Below are positions 51,741-64,000 of a DNA stretch of 64,000 nucleotides, in pieces. A model generated the notes under the pieces. That model searched no databases and was not told the DNA's origin. It saw only the letters and a list, made by a program, of their open reading frames with translations. The translations under genes were made by a program, and so were the position numbers. Within the stretch, counting starts at the first letter, position 1; each line of letters begins with the position of its first letter. Source of the DNA: Octopus sinensis (Eukaryota); NCBI RefSeq assembly GCF_006345805.1, contig NC_043000.1, positions 100,626,001-100,690,000 of the forward strand, given 5' to 3'.

Positions 51741-52451
51741 GTATCTAAGTGGGTGTAGTATCCAAGTGCGTGTGTGCGTCTTTGTGCTTGCCCCTCGCCT
51801 CACCGCTTGACGACCGGTGTTGTTTAGTTTACGTCCCTATAACGTAGCGGTTCAGCAAAAGAGAGCGATAGCAACATACACTATTCTTTTAAAATAAGTA
51901 CTGGATCGATTCGTTTGACAAAAACCTTTCGAGGTGGTACCCTAGCATTGGCGAAGTCTTATAACTGAAATGAATAGAAGATAAAATATGAAAAAATATA
52001 AGATAACGGAGAAAAAGACTGGATAGTCACGGCTGGATTGATACGAGTATAGTTCTAGAAATGCAGTTTGTAAATAATTGGCGAGATGGTCATGGAACTG
52101 GCACGACCTTTCGAGCACCCCCCCTCTCACTAACAAAGGTAAATGACAAAGTTGACTTCGGCAGGATTCGAACTTGGAACTCAACAACACCAGTAACATC
52201 ATCACCATCAACAGCATCAACATGACTTGCAACACCAGCACTCACATCAACAACGCAAGCAACATCATCATCGTCGTCGTCGTCATCGTCATCATCATCA
52301 TCCTCATCATCATCACCAACATCATCATCATCGTCATCATCATCATCATCGTCGTCATCATCATCCTCCTCATCACCAACATCATCATCATCGTCGTCAT
52401 CATCATCATCATCGTCGTCGTCGTCATCACTATCAGCAACATCATCATTAC

Positions 52452-52686
52452 CTATTTCTTTATTACCCACAAGGGGCTAAACACAGAGGGGACAAACATG
52501 GACAGACATAGGTATTAAGTCGATTATATCGACCCCAGTGCTTAACTGGTACTTAATTTATCGACCCCGAAAGGATGAAAGGCAAAGTCGACCTCGGCGG
52601 AATTTGAACTCACAACGTAACGGCAGCCGAAATACCGCTAAGCATTTCGCCCGACGTGTTAACGATTCTGCCAGCTCATTACCGCC
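52452..52686 (-). mobile_element. SINE family B between (CAT)n and (CCA)n tracts
   Basis: Similarity to family B. Confidence 0.88.
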
Positions 52687-53912
52687 TACAACACTACCCC
52701 CACTACAAACAACTACAACAAGAGTATCGCCACCACCACCACTACCAGCACCGCCACCACCACTACCATCACCACCACTACTAGCACCGTCACCACCATT
52801 ACCACCACCACCACCACCACCACCACCACCACCGCTACCACCACCACCACCACCGCTACCACCACCACCACCACCACTACCACCACCACCACCACCGCCC
52901 CAACGCCTCCTCCACACCCATACCATCACCACCACTATAATCACCGAACATCCACCACGGTCGCAGCTGCAGCAGCAGCAGCGTTGATAGAAACGGGATT
53001 CAGGTATGCAGGTAGCGTACTCAGGTGAGATACTCAGATAACAGCCCGTAATGTTATACCTGCTTAAAAGAAACAACGTGCTTTTGTTTGGGTTTTCAAT
53101 ATCTGTGCACCTGTGTGTGTGTGTGTGTGTATCCGTGTGTGCACGTGTGTCTGTGTGTGCGTATGCGTGTATGTGTTTGTGTGCGTGCGTGCATGTGTGT
53201 GTGTGTGTGTGTGTGTGTCTGAGTGTGTGTGCGCACGTGTTTGCATTTGTGCGTTTGTGCATATGAGCCCATATGTGTGCGTGTATGTGTGTGCGTGTGT
53301 GTGCGCTTCTGCTTGTGAGTGTGTGTATGCATATGTGTGTTCGTGTGTGTTCATGTGTGTGCCCATATGCGTGTGTGTGTGTGTGTGTGTGTATGTGTGT
53401 GCTTGTGATTGTTTGTGTGTGCATATGTGTGCGCATCTGTGTGTTTATGTGTGTGTGTGTGTGTGTGCGTGCATGTGTGTGCGTACATGTCTGCGTGCGT
53501 GAGTGTCTGCATGTGTGTAAGTGCTTGTTTATTGAGTGTATGTGTATTTGCTTGTAAGTATGTAATAGTGTTTGTGTGTGTAGGGGCCTATGTGTATTTT
53601 GGCTTGTATGTTAAAATGTTTGTATGCGGTGCGTGTGTGTGTGCGTATGTGTTTGTGTGCGTGTTTATGTGTGCGTGTGTATTTGTGTGTGTGTGTTTAC
53701 TTGTATATGTGTGTGTGCTTGTTTCATGTGAAGGTGTTTCTGGATTTACGTTTTGTGTCATGAATGCGTGCGAGCGAAGGAGTAAATGTGTTCTTGCTTC
53801 CTTGTGAGTATGTGTTTGTGTGTGTGTGTGTGTGTGTGTATGTGTGCGTGAGTGCGTGTTTGAGTGTGTTTGTGTGGAAGTAAGTAGGTATTTACTTGTT
53901 TATAAGGTTAGT

Positions 53913-54305
53913 GATCATCATCATCATTGTTCGACCGTGGTCGAGACAATGGAATTTACCATGCTACGCCAGACTTCACGGTCCATCATGGCATTACGGA
54001 GGTCCTGTTGCTGGATGCCTGTATCCCTGGAGATTACATCAGGGTAGGAGAGTGTGCGCCCTCTGGTATTGTGAGTAGATGGCTTCCAGAGGAGAAGAGT
54101 AGAAATTACTTCTTTTTCAGCTCTACTACAACGTCCAGCAAACTGGACTCTCCTACCTTTCGCTAGAGATGACACAGGCGGTAGTTTCCCATATATTTGC
54201 ATTTTGGTTGGATGGCGCTTCCACGAGAGATTTTGAGCTCTCGTAAGGAGGCGAGTGTAGGTTCCATCCAACCGCCTCTCAGCTTCTTTGATAACGAAGT
54301 AGTCA
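53913..54305 (-). mobile_element. RTE-like LINE 3' fragment with (TGA)n tail, copy 1
   Basis: ORF 53924-54271 DGTYTRLLTRAQNLSWK..RVQFAGRC..MMDREVWR. Confidence 0.85.
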
Positions 54306-54476
54306 TGCTTGTGTCTATGTCTGCGTGTTTGTTTGCTTATGTGTGTGTGTGAAAGAGCGTGTCGATTGTATGATAGTTGTGTGTGTGTGGTGTGTGTGTG
54401 TGTATGTGTGCGTGAGTGCGTGTTTGAGTGTGTTTGTGTGGAAGTAAGTAGGTATTTACTTGTTTATAAGGTTAGT

Positions 54477-54870
54477 GATCATCATCATCATTGTTCGACC
54501 GTGGTCGAGACAATGGAATTTACCATGCTACGCCAGACTTCACGGTCCATCATGGCATTACGGAGGTCCTGTTGCTGGATGCCTGTATCCCTGGAGATTA
54601 CATCAGGGTAGGAGAGTGTGCGCCCTCTGGTATTGTGAGTAGATGGCTTCCAGAGGAGAAGAGTAGAAATTACTTCTTTTTCAGCTCTACTACAACGTCC
54701 AGCAAACTGGACTCTCCTACCTTTCGCTAGAGATGACACAGGCGGTAGTTTCCCATATATTTGCATTTTGGTTGGATGGCGCTTCCACGAGAGATTTTGA
54801 GCTCTCGTAAGGAGGCGAGTGTAGGTTCCATCCAACCGCCTCTCAAGCTTCTTTGATAACGAAGTAGTCA
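54477..54870 (-). mobile_element. RTE-like LINE 3' fragment, copy 2 (tandem duplicate)
   Basis: ORF 54488-54871 gives the same peptide, offset 564 bp. Confidence 0.85.
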
Positions 54871-54941
54871 TGCTTGTGTCTATGTCTGCGTGTTTGTTTG
54901 CTTATGTGTGTGTGTGAAAGAGCGTGTCGATTGTATGATAG

Positions 54942-54977
<36 letters not shown>

Positions 54978-55112
54978 CTCAGAGAGAGGGGGAGAAAGAG
55001 AGAGAGAGTGAAAGAGAGAATAAGGGAAGAATGAGAGAAAGAGACTGAAAAAAAACAGAAAGACAGACTGACAGAGAGACAAGACAAACAGACAAATAGA
55101 CAGAGAGAATAA

Positions 55113-55668
55113 CCTTTTCTACTCCAGGCACAAGGCCCGAAATTTTTGAGGAGCGGGTCAGTCGATTAGGTCGACCCCAGTACGCAACTGGTATTTAATT
55201 TATCGACCCCGTAAGGATGAAAGGCAAAGTCGACCTCGGAGGAATCTGAACTCAGACGCAACGGCAGACAAAATACCTATTTCTTTACTATCGACAAGGG
55301 GCTAAACAAGGACAGACAAACGGGTTAAGTCGATTATATTGACCCCCAGTGCGTAACTGGTACATATTTAATCAACCCCGAAAGGATGAAAGGCAAAGTC
55401 GACCTCGGCGGAAATTTGAACTCAGAATGTAACGGCAGACGAAATACCTATTTCTTTATTGCCCACAAGGGGCTAAACACAGAGCGGACAAACAAGGACA
55501 GACATAGGTATTAAGTCGATTACATCGACCCCAGTGCGTAACTGGTACTTAATTTATCGACCCCGAAAGGATGAAAGGCAAAGTCGACCTCGGCGGAATT
55601 TGAACTCACAACGTAACGCAGACGAAATACCGCTAAACGTTTCGCCCGGCGCGCTAACGTTTCTGCCA
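55113..55668 (-). mobile_element. SINE family B trimer
   Basis: Three repeats of AAGGATGAAAGGCAAAGTCGACCTCGG with a single head at about 55668. Confidence 0.88.
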
Positions 55669-56141
55669 GAGAATAATGTTGACAACAGGTAATATTAGAA
55701 ATATTACCAGTTCTAGTAGTAGTAGTAGTAGAAGTAGTAGTAGTAGTATAGTGGCTGTGGTTTCAGTCTCATTTCCTGTCTAATCGACCAGTTAAACACC
55801 TGTAATTAAAAAAAAAAGGGAAAAATCCCATATATGACCATCTCATCGATTTCCTATAAGGAGTGGACACCGCGTATTATAATATGCAAATAGTTCGCAC
55901 CACGAGCGCACACGTTTCCCAAGTCCTTTTTGTTGCTGTTTTTCGCAGTTTTGTTTTTAGACGATCGGGTTACTTGATTTGAGACAGAATTGGCTGCTAT
56001 TTCTAGCATCATACAGCCACTTAAAGACTACCTCCTGGTAGGGATGTGACTTGCAGAAATGTTCAATAAACAGTAACGTTCAGATGCTGCTGACGTAGAT
56101 TTATGAACCAATGACAGCAGCAACGGCAGCGGTAGCGGCAC

Positions 56142-56199
<58 letters not shown>

Positions 56200-56200
56200 T

Positions 56201-56235
<35 letters not shown>

Positions 56236-56515
56236 AGTAGTAGTAGTGGCAGCAGCAGCAGCAGCAGCGGTGGTAGTGGTGGTGGTCAGGAATAGGAATG
56301 ACTCGTGTTCGTGTGTAGGTATAAGTATGTATGTATGTATGTATATCTGTGTAGGCATGTGTATGCGTGCGTATATATGTTTGTATATGCATGTTTGTGT
56401 ACGCATTTAAGTTAGCATATATGTATGTGCGTGTGTTTTTTTGTCTCTACATATGTATTTATGTGTTCATGCATGAATGCATGAGTTTACATATATATGT
56501 ATGTACATGTATTGT

Positions 56516-56557
<42 letters not shown>

Positions 56558-56660
56558 TGAAAGAGAGAGAGAGTGCACGGGCCCGCATACGTTCGTATCA
56601 TCGACCCATTGACCACATGTATATCTATGGGTATATTTATGTAAGCGTGTGTGTTGTGTA

Positions 56661-56878
56661 CGAGGACGCTGTTGAAAAGTTCCTGGCTTTAAGGGGATCG
56701 CGAAAGGGCTGCCTGGAGGCCCGACTTTCCGAGTTCTTTTGCGGGGCTTAGAAAAACCGAAGGACCGCTGCAATAAGTGAGTGAAACTGAGAGAGGAATA
56801 TATTGAATAAATTCATAACTTACTGATCCTCTTGTATTTTCTTTCACCCGAACCCAGGAACTTTTCACCGCACCATCG
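56661..56878. mobile_element. Mariner-type MITE with TA TSD
   Basis: TA|CGAGG..TGAAAAGTTCCTGG ... CCAGGAACTTTTCACCGCACCATCG|TA. Confidence 0.8.
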
Positions 56879-57001
56879 TATATGTGTAAGTGCGTAGATA
56901 TGCATGTCCAAATGTATATTTACGCATACGTGAATGCATGCGTACATCAATGTATATTGCATGTATATATATATCTATGTAAATATGAATGTAGGCATAT
57001 A

Positions 57002-57243
57002 GGCGTAGGAGTGGCTGGGTGGTAAGTAGATTGCTTACGAACCACGTGGGTCCGGGTTTGAGTTCCATTGCATGGCACCTTGGGCAAGTGTCTTCTACTA
57101 TAGCTCCGGGCCGACCAAAGCCTTGTGAGTAGATTGGTTTACGGAAACTGAAAGAAGCCCGTTGTATATATGTATATATATATAATATATAATATATATA
57201 TATATATTATATATTATATATATATATAATATATATATATATC

Positions 57244-57300
<57 letters not shown>

Positions 57301-57530
57301 ATGTATGTATGTATGTGTGTATATATGTTTGTGTGTATATATGTTTGTGTGTCTGTGTTTGTCCCCCCAACATCGCTTGATAACCGATGCTGGTGTGTTT
57401 ACGTCCCCGTAATATAGCGGTTCGGCGAAAGACACCGATAGAATAAGTACTAGGGGTCGACTAAAGGCGGTGCTCCAGTATGGCCACAGTCACATGACTG
57501 AAACAAGTAAAAGAGTAAAGAGTAAAGAGT
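57002..57530 (+). mobile_element. SINE family A with expanded internal (TA)n
   Basis: Head, core and (AAAGAGT)n tail are present. Confidence 0.88.
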
Positions 57531-57985
57531 ATGTCAGAGCCTTCTTAGCAGCAAAATATGTCCCCGGGGCAGATCAATGCAGTGGGCTCTATAGTATTCA
57601 TTGATGGCAAGCCTCAATAAAGATACGTCAGAATTGAACACCTAGACCCGTGAGGCCTTCCGGGCGGCAACCCAGTGTGCCTGTGTCTTGAGACGGATCT
57701 GATGTATGCATGTATATATTTATGTATGCATGTATGTATGTATGTATGTATGTATGTATGTATGTATGTATGTATGTATGTATGTATGCATGTATGTAAC
57801 ACCATATGTTTCTGTATATGTGTGTGTACACGCTTGAATGAACCCTGTATCTGTAAGTCAGTCATCGATTAGGTGTGACCAAGCTGTTATTTGTTTTTAT
57901 TGATGTTTAGTATATCTAATAGTATATGTGCAACGTGTCTATCGATCAGTCCCACTTCTTCGCGTATATGTGTGTGAGTGTTTCT

Positions 57986-58020
<35 letters not shown>

Positions 58021-58062
58021 TACACACACACTCGCACTCACACACACACATAAGTACAACCT

Positions 58063-58105
<43 letters not shown>

Positions 58106-58112
58106 ATAACTA

Positions 58113-58352
58113 CAGTGTACATTTAAACACATAACAGGTAGTCATCATAGGATTCCTTTCACGCTAGAAGGAACAGCTAAAGTCCAAACCACTATTAGGG
58201 AAAAAAACTCGAAGGGGGTTGAAATATAAAAACGATGGTAAATGCTTTTATTTTTCATTCCCTTCGAGTTTTTATGGGTTTCGACTTTAGCTGTTCCTTC
58301 TAGCGTCAAAGGAATCCTATGATGGATACCTCTTGTGTTTAAATTTACACTG
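58113..58352. mobile_element. Almost fully palindromic Tc1/mariner-type MITE, TA TSD
   Basis: TA|CAGTGTA.ATTTAAACACA..CATCATAGGATTCCTTT.ACGCTAGAAGGAACAGCTAAAGTC is mirrored at the right end ...CACTG|TA. Confidence 0.92.
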
Positions 58353-58689
58353 TATTCATATGAATAATATAGTCTATTGACTAAATTTTCGACACGCTAA
58401 GCCACAGGTTGTAAACATTTCTAAAATCTTTATTACTCTGATATTATATATATATATATATAGTAAGGAAAAATTTTTTTAAAAATGCAGAATGCTCAAA
58501 TGAAAGAAAATTTTATGATAAAATGATAAAATATATAAAATATATATTTATTCAACCGGTTTTCGTCATTGTATGACTTGTCAATAATATATATTTATTG
58601 ATCTATATATATATATATATATAATATATTATATATATTATATATAATATATATATATTATTTATTGATCTATATATATATATAATATA

Positions 58690-59000
58690 ATATCACCGTG
58701 TCCACCGTAACCGACCAGGCTATCAGATGTTGCTACACATCGCTGGTCACAATGCGCTTTGCATTGTTTTAGCCTCCCAATGACGCCATCCCACTGGCTA
58801 AGCGAGCAGGCCAACAGAAGAAAGAGTGAGAGAAAGTTATGGCAAAAGAGTACTGCAGGGATCGCCACCCTACGCAAGAGCGTCGTTGAGCTTTAGGAGT
58901 TCTCGCTCAATAAACACTCACAACGCCCGGTCTGGGAGTCGAAATTGCGATCCTACAATCGCGAGTCCGCTGGCCTAACCACAGGGTCATTGCACCTCCG
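58690..59000 (-). mobile_element. SINE with family C head and an alternative 3' tail
   Basis: 58820-59000 matches the family C 5' half; 58690-58815 differs from it. Confidence 0.8.
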
Positions 59001-59068
<68 letters not shown>

Positions 59069-59127
59069 GGGTGTGTGTGTGTGTGTATATATATATATGT
59101 ATATAAATATACACATATATATATGTA

Positions 59128-59172
<45 letters not shown>

Positions 59173-59294
59173 ATATATATAATATATATACATATATATA
59201 TGTGTATATTTATATACTATATATATATATATATACATATATAATCTTCTGATCCGTGACAAAAAAATCAACAAAATATGTACTCCACATATAT

Positions 59295-59663
59295 TCTTTT
59301 ATTCTTTTACATGTTCCAGTACTTAAAATGCGGCCATGCTGAGGCACCACCTTGGAGAATTTTTTTTCAGTGAAGTAAATCGACCCCAGTGCTTATATTT
59401 TTTAAGCCTGGTACTTATTCTATCGAACCCTTTGCCGGACATCAAAGTTATGGCGACGTGAGCACACCAACACCAAGCAGTGGTGGACAAACACAGATAC
59501 AAACACACACACAAACATAAGTGTATGCATATATACTTATACGACGGGCTTTTTTCAATTTCCTGTACCAAATCCACTCACAAGGTTTTATTCGACCTGT
59601 GGCTATAGTTGAAGACACCTGCTCAAGGTGTCCCACAGTGGGACTGGACCTGGAACCATGTGG
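59295..59663 (-). mobile_element. SINE family A, cut by the assembly gap
   Basis: Similarity to family A. Confidence 0.78.
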
Positions 59664-59763
59664 NNNNNNNNNNNNNNNNNNNNNNNNNNNNNNNNNNNNN
59701 NNNNNNNNNNNNNNNNNNNNNNNNNNNNNNNNNNNNNNNNNNNNNNNNNNNNNNNNNNNNNNN
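59664..59763. other. Assembly gap (100 N)
   Basis: Run of N. Confidence 0.99.
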
Positions 59764-59873
59764 CATGCCCATTGCTCGCGTGTACTTTTTCCGAGCGTTC
59801 ATGTTGTCCTTGAATATATATTTAAAAACTTACGTGTATACATACATGTATATTGTATATCTGTGTTTGTGTG

Positions 59874-59921
<48 letters not shown>

Positions 59922-60518
59922 ATACGTATATACATAGGGAATGTGTTTAATACGTAAACTGGTATATCCAATAACGTTACACCGCTATACGTAGTGGCTA
60001 TGTAAGCAATGAGTTCGTAGATGATTAATGGATTGGATGGGTGCCGATGAAGGAGCAAAAAACTGCCGATATGGTGTATACGCCCAATAGCCAAAATCCA
60101 TTTTTTTCGTCTTCGATCTAATTCTTTGTTTACATCTGACGTCTCGGATACGAAACGTCGTAGCAAAAATCAGTGTTGGCTATAATTTCTATACAAAGTC
60201 TGTAAAGATTACCTTAACACGTGATTCATATACATACACATCTATCTATCTATCTATCGATCGATCAATCGATAGACAGACAGCGAAATTGCGAGGATGA
60301 TCCGGTTCTTGACTGAAGATTGAAGGCTTCGAATGTCCTGTCCGTGTTTTTTGTATCGTCTTCTAAATGTTTTGCGTTCTTGTCCCAGTTTGTATTTTTT
60401 TTACATATGTACAAATAGAATGGCACTTACAATTTCGCGGTTAATATTTAAGGCCAAGTCACATGATGAAATAATATCAAATAATGAAAAACCCTAGTTA
60501 TCAGCAATGTCCTAAGTA

Positions 60519-60828
60519 CGAAGGTGAGTCAAAAAGTAATGCCATTTCGTTTATGACAGGTATAATTACCAACACAGGAACATGTATCATACATCAAAAT
60601 GATGCTGGTCTTCTGTGGATCACCTCCCAACTTCTCAAAATAGTCACCGTTTCTCTCAATAGCAATGTTCCACCTTCGAATGAGAGCATGTATCCCTGTC
60701 CCGTAAAATTCTGTTGACTGTTCTCTGAGCCACTTCTTCACTAGTTTTCACTTCCTCATCACTGAAATAATGTTTGCCTCTCAAATCCTCTTTCATGGGG
60801 CCGAAGAGAGATAGTCTGAAGGCGCTAA
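60519..60828 (-). mobile_element. Mariner transposon 3' remnant
   Basis: SDYLSSAP..; ORF 60529-60741 KKWLREQSTEFYGTGIHALIRRWNIAIERNGDYFEK; terminus TA|CGAAGGTGAGTCAAAAAGTAATG. Confidence 0.85.
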
Positions 60829-60894
60829 ATTATTATTATTTTTTTTTTTTCTTCTGTCGTTTATTTGGTACATATAAATCTTTACATACATATA

Positions 60895-61965
60895 AACGAT
60901 AGGGCCGATCCCAGAGCTATACGGTCGCTATATAGACGACTGTATAGGCGCTACGTCTCTCTCCTGCGAATAGCTCTCCCATTTCATCTCTTTCGTTTCT
61001 AACTTCCACACTTCTCTCCAATTCACTTCTCCCACCGCTGATACTTCCTCGATATCTCTCTTTCCATTGATCCCCTCACCCACTCTCTTACGACCTCCGC
61101 CTTTTGTAAACCCACCAACACCCATCTCTACCTCAACTTTTCCTTCTTCCACCCCTCCTACACCAAACAGGCCATCCCCTACTCCCAGTTTCTCCGACTC
61201 CGACGCCTGTGAAGCCGGGACCAGGATTTTGAGATCCAATTCCAATACCTGGCCCTCTTGTTCATGCATCGGGGATACCCTTTTACTCTTGACCAAACTA
61301 CCCTTACCTGCGCTCTTCAAATCGATCGCACTACCGCCCTCTCCCCTTCCCTACACCGATCCCCCAACCGCATCCCCTCTCCCCTCATTTTTCCACCCTC
61401 CACTCTACCTCTTCGTCGGAAGATTTTACGAACCTTTCATCACCTTCAGCTAGATCCCACCACCCATCCTATTTTCCTACCCCATCCTTGTCCGCCTTCA
61501 AACGCGCCTATAACCTACGCGATCTACTGGTCCGTAGCTACCCCCACGCTCCATTCCAACCGAACGCGGATCCTTCCCTTGCTTCAGGCCCTGTCGCCAG
61601 ATCTGTTCTTTCATCACCCACACCACCTCCCTCAATGGATCCAACTAGCACACCTTCTATATTAGGAAGTCCTTCTCCTGATCTTCTTCAAGCTTCTTTT
61701 ACTACATCAGGGGCAATCTTTGCAATAAACTTTACGTCGGTCAGATGGGCCGCAGACTAGCCGACCGGTTCATCGAACACCCACGAGACGTTCGTCTATG
61801 TAAGAACACCACCCTCGCCCGTCATTTTCTCTTGATATCACAGTCTTCGGCCTTACCCTACACCACGGATCTACAAACTATAGACTCCACCTGGAACAGC
61901 GTTACATTTTCACTCTACGTACCCAAACTCCTTTCGGACTGAACACAACCTCCTCCTTTCAGTGA
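60895..61965 (+). mobile_element. Penelope-like element 3' half (RT C-terminus + GIY-YIG), frameshifted
   Basis: RYIDDCIG, KPTNTHLYLNF, AIPYSQFLRLRR, RGYP, AFKRAYNLRDLLVRS, YVGQMGRRLADRFIEH..LARHF. Confidence 0.92.
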
Positions 61966-62496
61966 CATTCTCCACACACACTTTTGAAAAAACATTTTTC
62001 TCAATCTTCTCATCCCCTTTTAAATTTATTTTTATTTGTTTAATTTTGTTTTATTACTTTATTATCATTATCTATATTATTTTTTAATAACTTTAAAATA
62101 ATTCTTAAAACTTTTAAAAAGAGAAATTTAATAATTTACTAATTAAAAACATTTTGATTATTTTAAAATAATCTTTTAACAATTTTAAAATAATAATTTA
62201 ATAATTTAATAATTAAATAATCATTTTAATAATTTAAAAGTAAGTTTTTAATAATTCTTTAACAATAATTTAATAATTTAAAAAAAAATTTATAATTTAT
62301 CAATGGCCAGCATATTAAAAAATACCTTTAAATGTTAAAATTATAAACAACTTATAAATAAGGGCAAACGAAAAAATTTCTAATGCCAAATATACCGAAA
62401 ATTGGACATATTGTCCATTACCATATAATTTTTCACAATACGCACACTACTCGAAAAATAACCGACAGAAATTTTTTAAAAAATCCATTATTAACA

Positions 62497-62549
62497 TATC
62501 GGACCGATTTCGGGGTTAGTTCGTAAGAACCCTCCTTTCGTCAGTGATA
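62497..62549 (-). ncRNA. Minimal type I hammerhead ribozyme, slightly decayed
   Basis: Minus strand UAUCA CUGACGA aaggaGGGUUC-uuac-GAACuaaCCCC GAAA UCGG UC CGAUA. Confidence 0.65.
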
Positions 62550-63162
62550 ATAAATGAGATACTCATACCCATGGAAGAAGCAAAACACTAAGTCATGAGC
62601 ACAACTAAGTACCCCTTACTAATGATCAGCCATTGACTGATCATTAGTAAAGACAATCGATGGCACGTAGGACAATGACACTAAAATGAGAACAATAATA
62701 AAGCTGAAATGAAGAACGAGTACACAGTACCTGTATTTATTTGCCAAAAAAAACAACAACAACAACAATAAAAATACAAATAAAATGACAATCCTGAAAT
62801 ACATTTTTGTTGCTTTTCTTTTAATTTGTGGCAGTCATTTGGCTGCGTTCATGCTAAAGCATTGCCTGGAAGGGTTTTAGAAGGGAAAAATTGATTCCCT
62901 TATTTATTTTGCTTTATTTTAACATCTGGTACTTGCTCTATCATAACTGTTACTGAACCACACCGATTGTCAAGCGGTAGGGTGGACAGTACGCAAGCCG
63001 TGCGCGCGCACACACACACACATCGCGTTTCTGTGAGCCAAATCTATTCAGGAAGTTTTGGTCGGCCCGGAGCTCTAGTAGAAAACTTTTGCCAAAAGTG
63101 TCGCACACTTTTATGTACATACATACATACATACATAATACATACATACATACATACATACA

Positions 63163-63195
<33 letters not shown>

Positions 63196-64000
63196 GTGAT
63201 GGCTGCAATTCGATTGTCAGCCATCACGTCGCTCTATTGTTGCCTTAAACACCAGCAGGACGGACGTAAATTTTGGGATCTGTCTGATACCTACGCTCTC
63301 TTGTACAGATGTGGTCACAATGGGCGCTTATTGCTGCAGGTGTTCAGAAAGTTTGCCATCCACGCTAGCATAATCGTTACTGCCTTCATGTCATCATAGG
63401 ATTTTTCTTTCAGTGTTCAGCGTTTTTTTTTTTTGTTTTTTTTTTTTTTCGGCTACGAATCGCCATAGCTTGTACAGAATATTGGAGATGTTTATAGAGG
63501 TATTAAAAATCAAGTTGTGCTAGTACTTGAAAGTTTTCTATGTGACTAAAGGTCTTACACAGTAGAAATCACATTCTACGAAGCGCTGCTGAGAATTTCT
63601 GGCTTTAAGGGTCTCGCTTCCGAATTCTTTTACAGGACTGTTGCAATAATTGTGTGAATCTGAAAGGCGAATATATTGTATAAAATCATAATTAACGGAT
63701 CTTCCTGCATTTTCTTTTACCCAAAGCCAGGAACTTTTCTGCACCACTCCCCCTCCTGTATAACTAACGTATGCATTTGCTCCCAAAAGAAGTAGTCTAT
63801 ATTATTGGAGGCAATCGTGGGTGTTAGATCAGAATTTCCCTTATGACTAAAGAAAGTTATTTGATAATCGTTGACGCTGTGAATTTATTCGCCCTTTGAC
63901 AAGTTTTGTTTTCCGTCTTGAAGGTTATCCACAGAAAACCATCCTCCTTACCAAGCAGGCTTGGTAGTGTTGCAGATTTAGTCGCCGACGACCCGACCAC

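Noticed and set aside
50814-51810. Long ORFs of 261-314 aa (MYVC repeats); similar ORFs at 43270-43832, 53051-53807 and 31334-31816
   Set aside because: They are translations of stop-free microsatellites, not genes.
52538-52987. Proline-rich ORF and the opposite glycine-rich ORF
   Set aside because: Composed of an antisense SINE plus (CCA)n.
60310-60340. CTGAAGA..CTTCGAATGTC
   Set aside because: No GAAA core or stem III geometry.

Overview
No intact protein-coding gene is evident. The window is eukaryotic, AT-rich, repeat-saturated DNA. Its SINE families and microsatellite load match what I recall of octopus/cephalopod genomes (inference). Retroelement relics: R4/Dong-type restriction-like-endonuclease (RLE) LINEs, mostly abutting (TAA)n tracts; L1/Tx1, RTE and Penelope-like elements; three to four modular tRNA-derived SINE families. 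DNA transposon relics: Helitron, Tc1/mariner, hAT and Chapaev-like fragments plus MITEs. There is one 100-N gap. Most supplied ORFs are microsatellite artefacts. The most interesting signal is a set of minimal type I hammerhead ribozymes. Three have a complete catalytic core (8423-8473 minus, 37727-37836 plus, 62497-62549 minus) and several more are degenerate. The first lies in a discrete ~310-bp non-coding insert that resembles a retrozyme monomer or solo Penelope pseudo-LTR. Other notable structures: TAA-linked chains and a chimera of Dong elements, a fold-back mariner carrying a microhomology-flanked copy of DNA from 4 kb away, a template-switch scar, and multimerised SINEs. Coordinates were read by eye, so boundaries of decayed elements are approximate.
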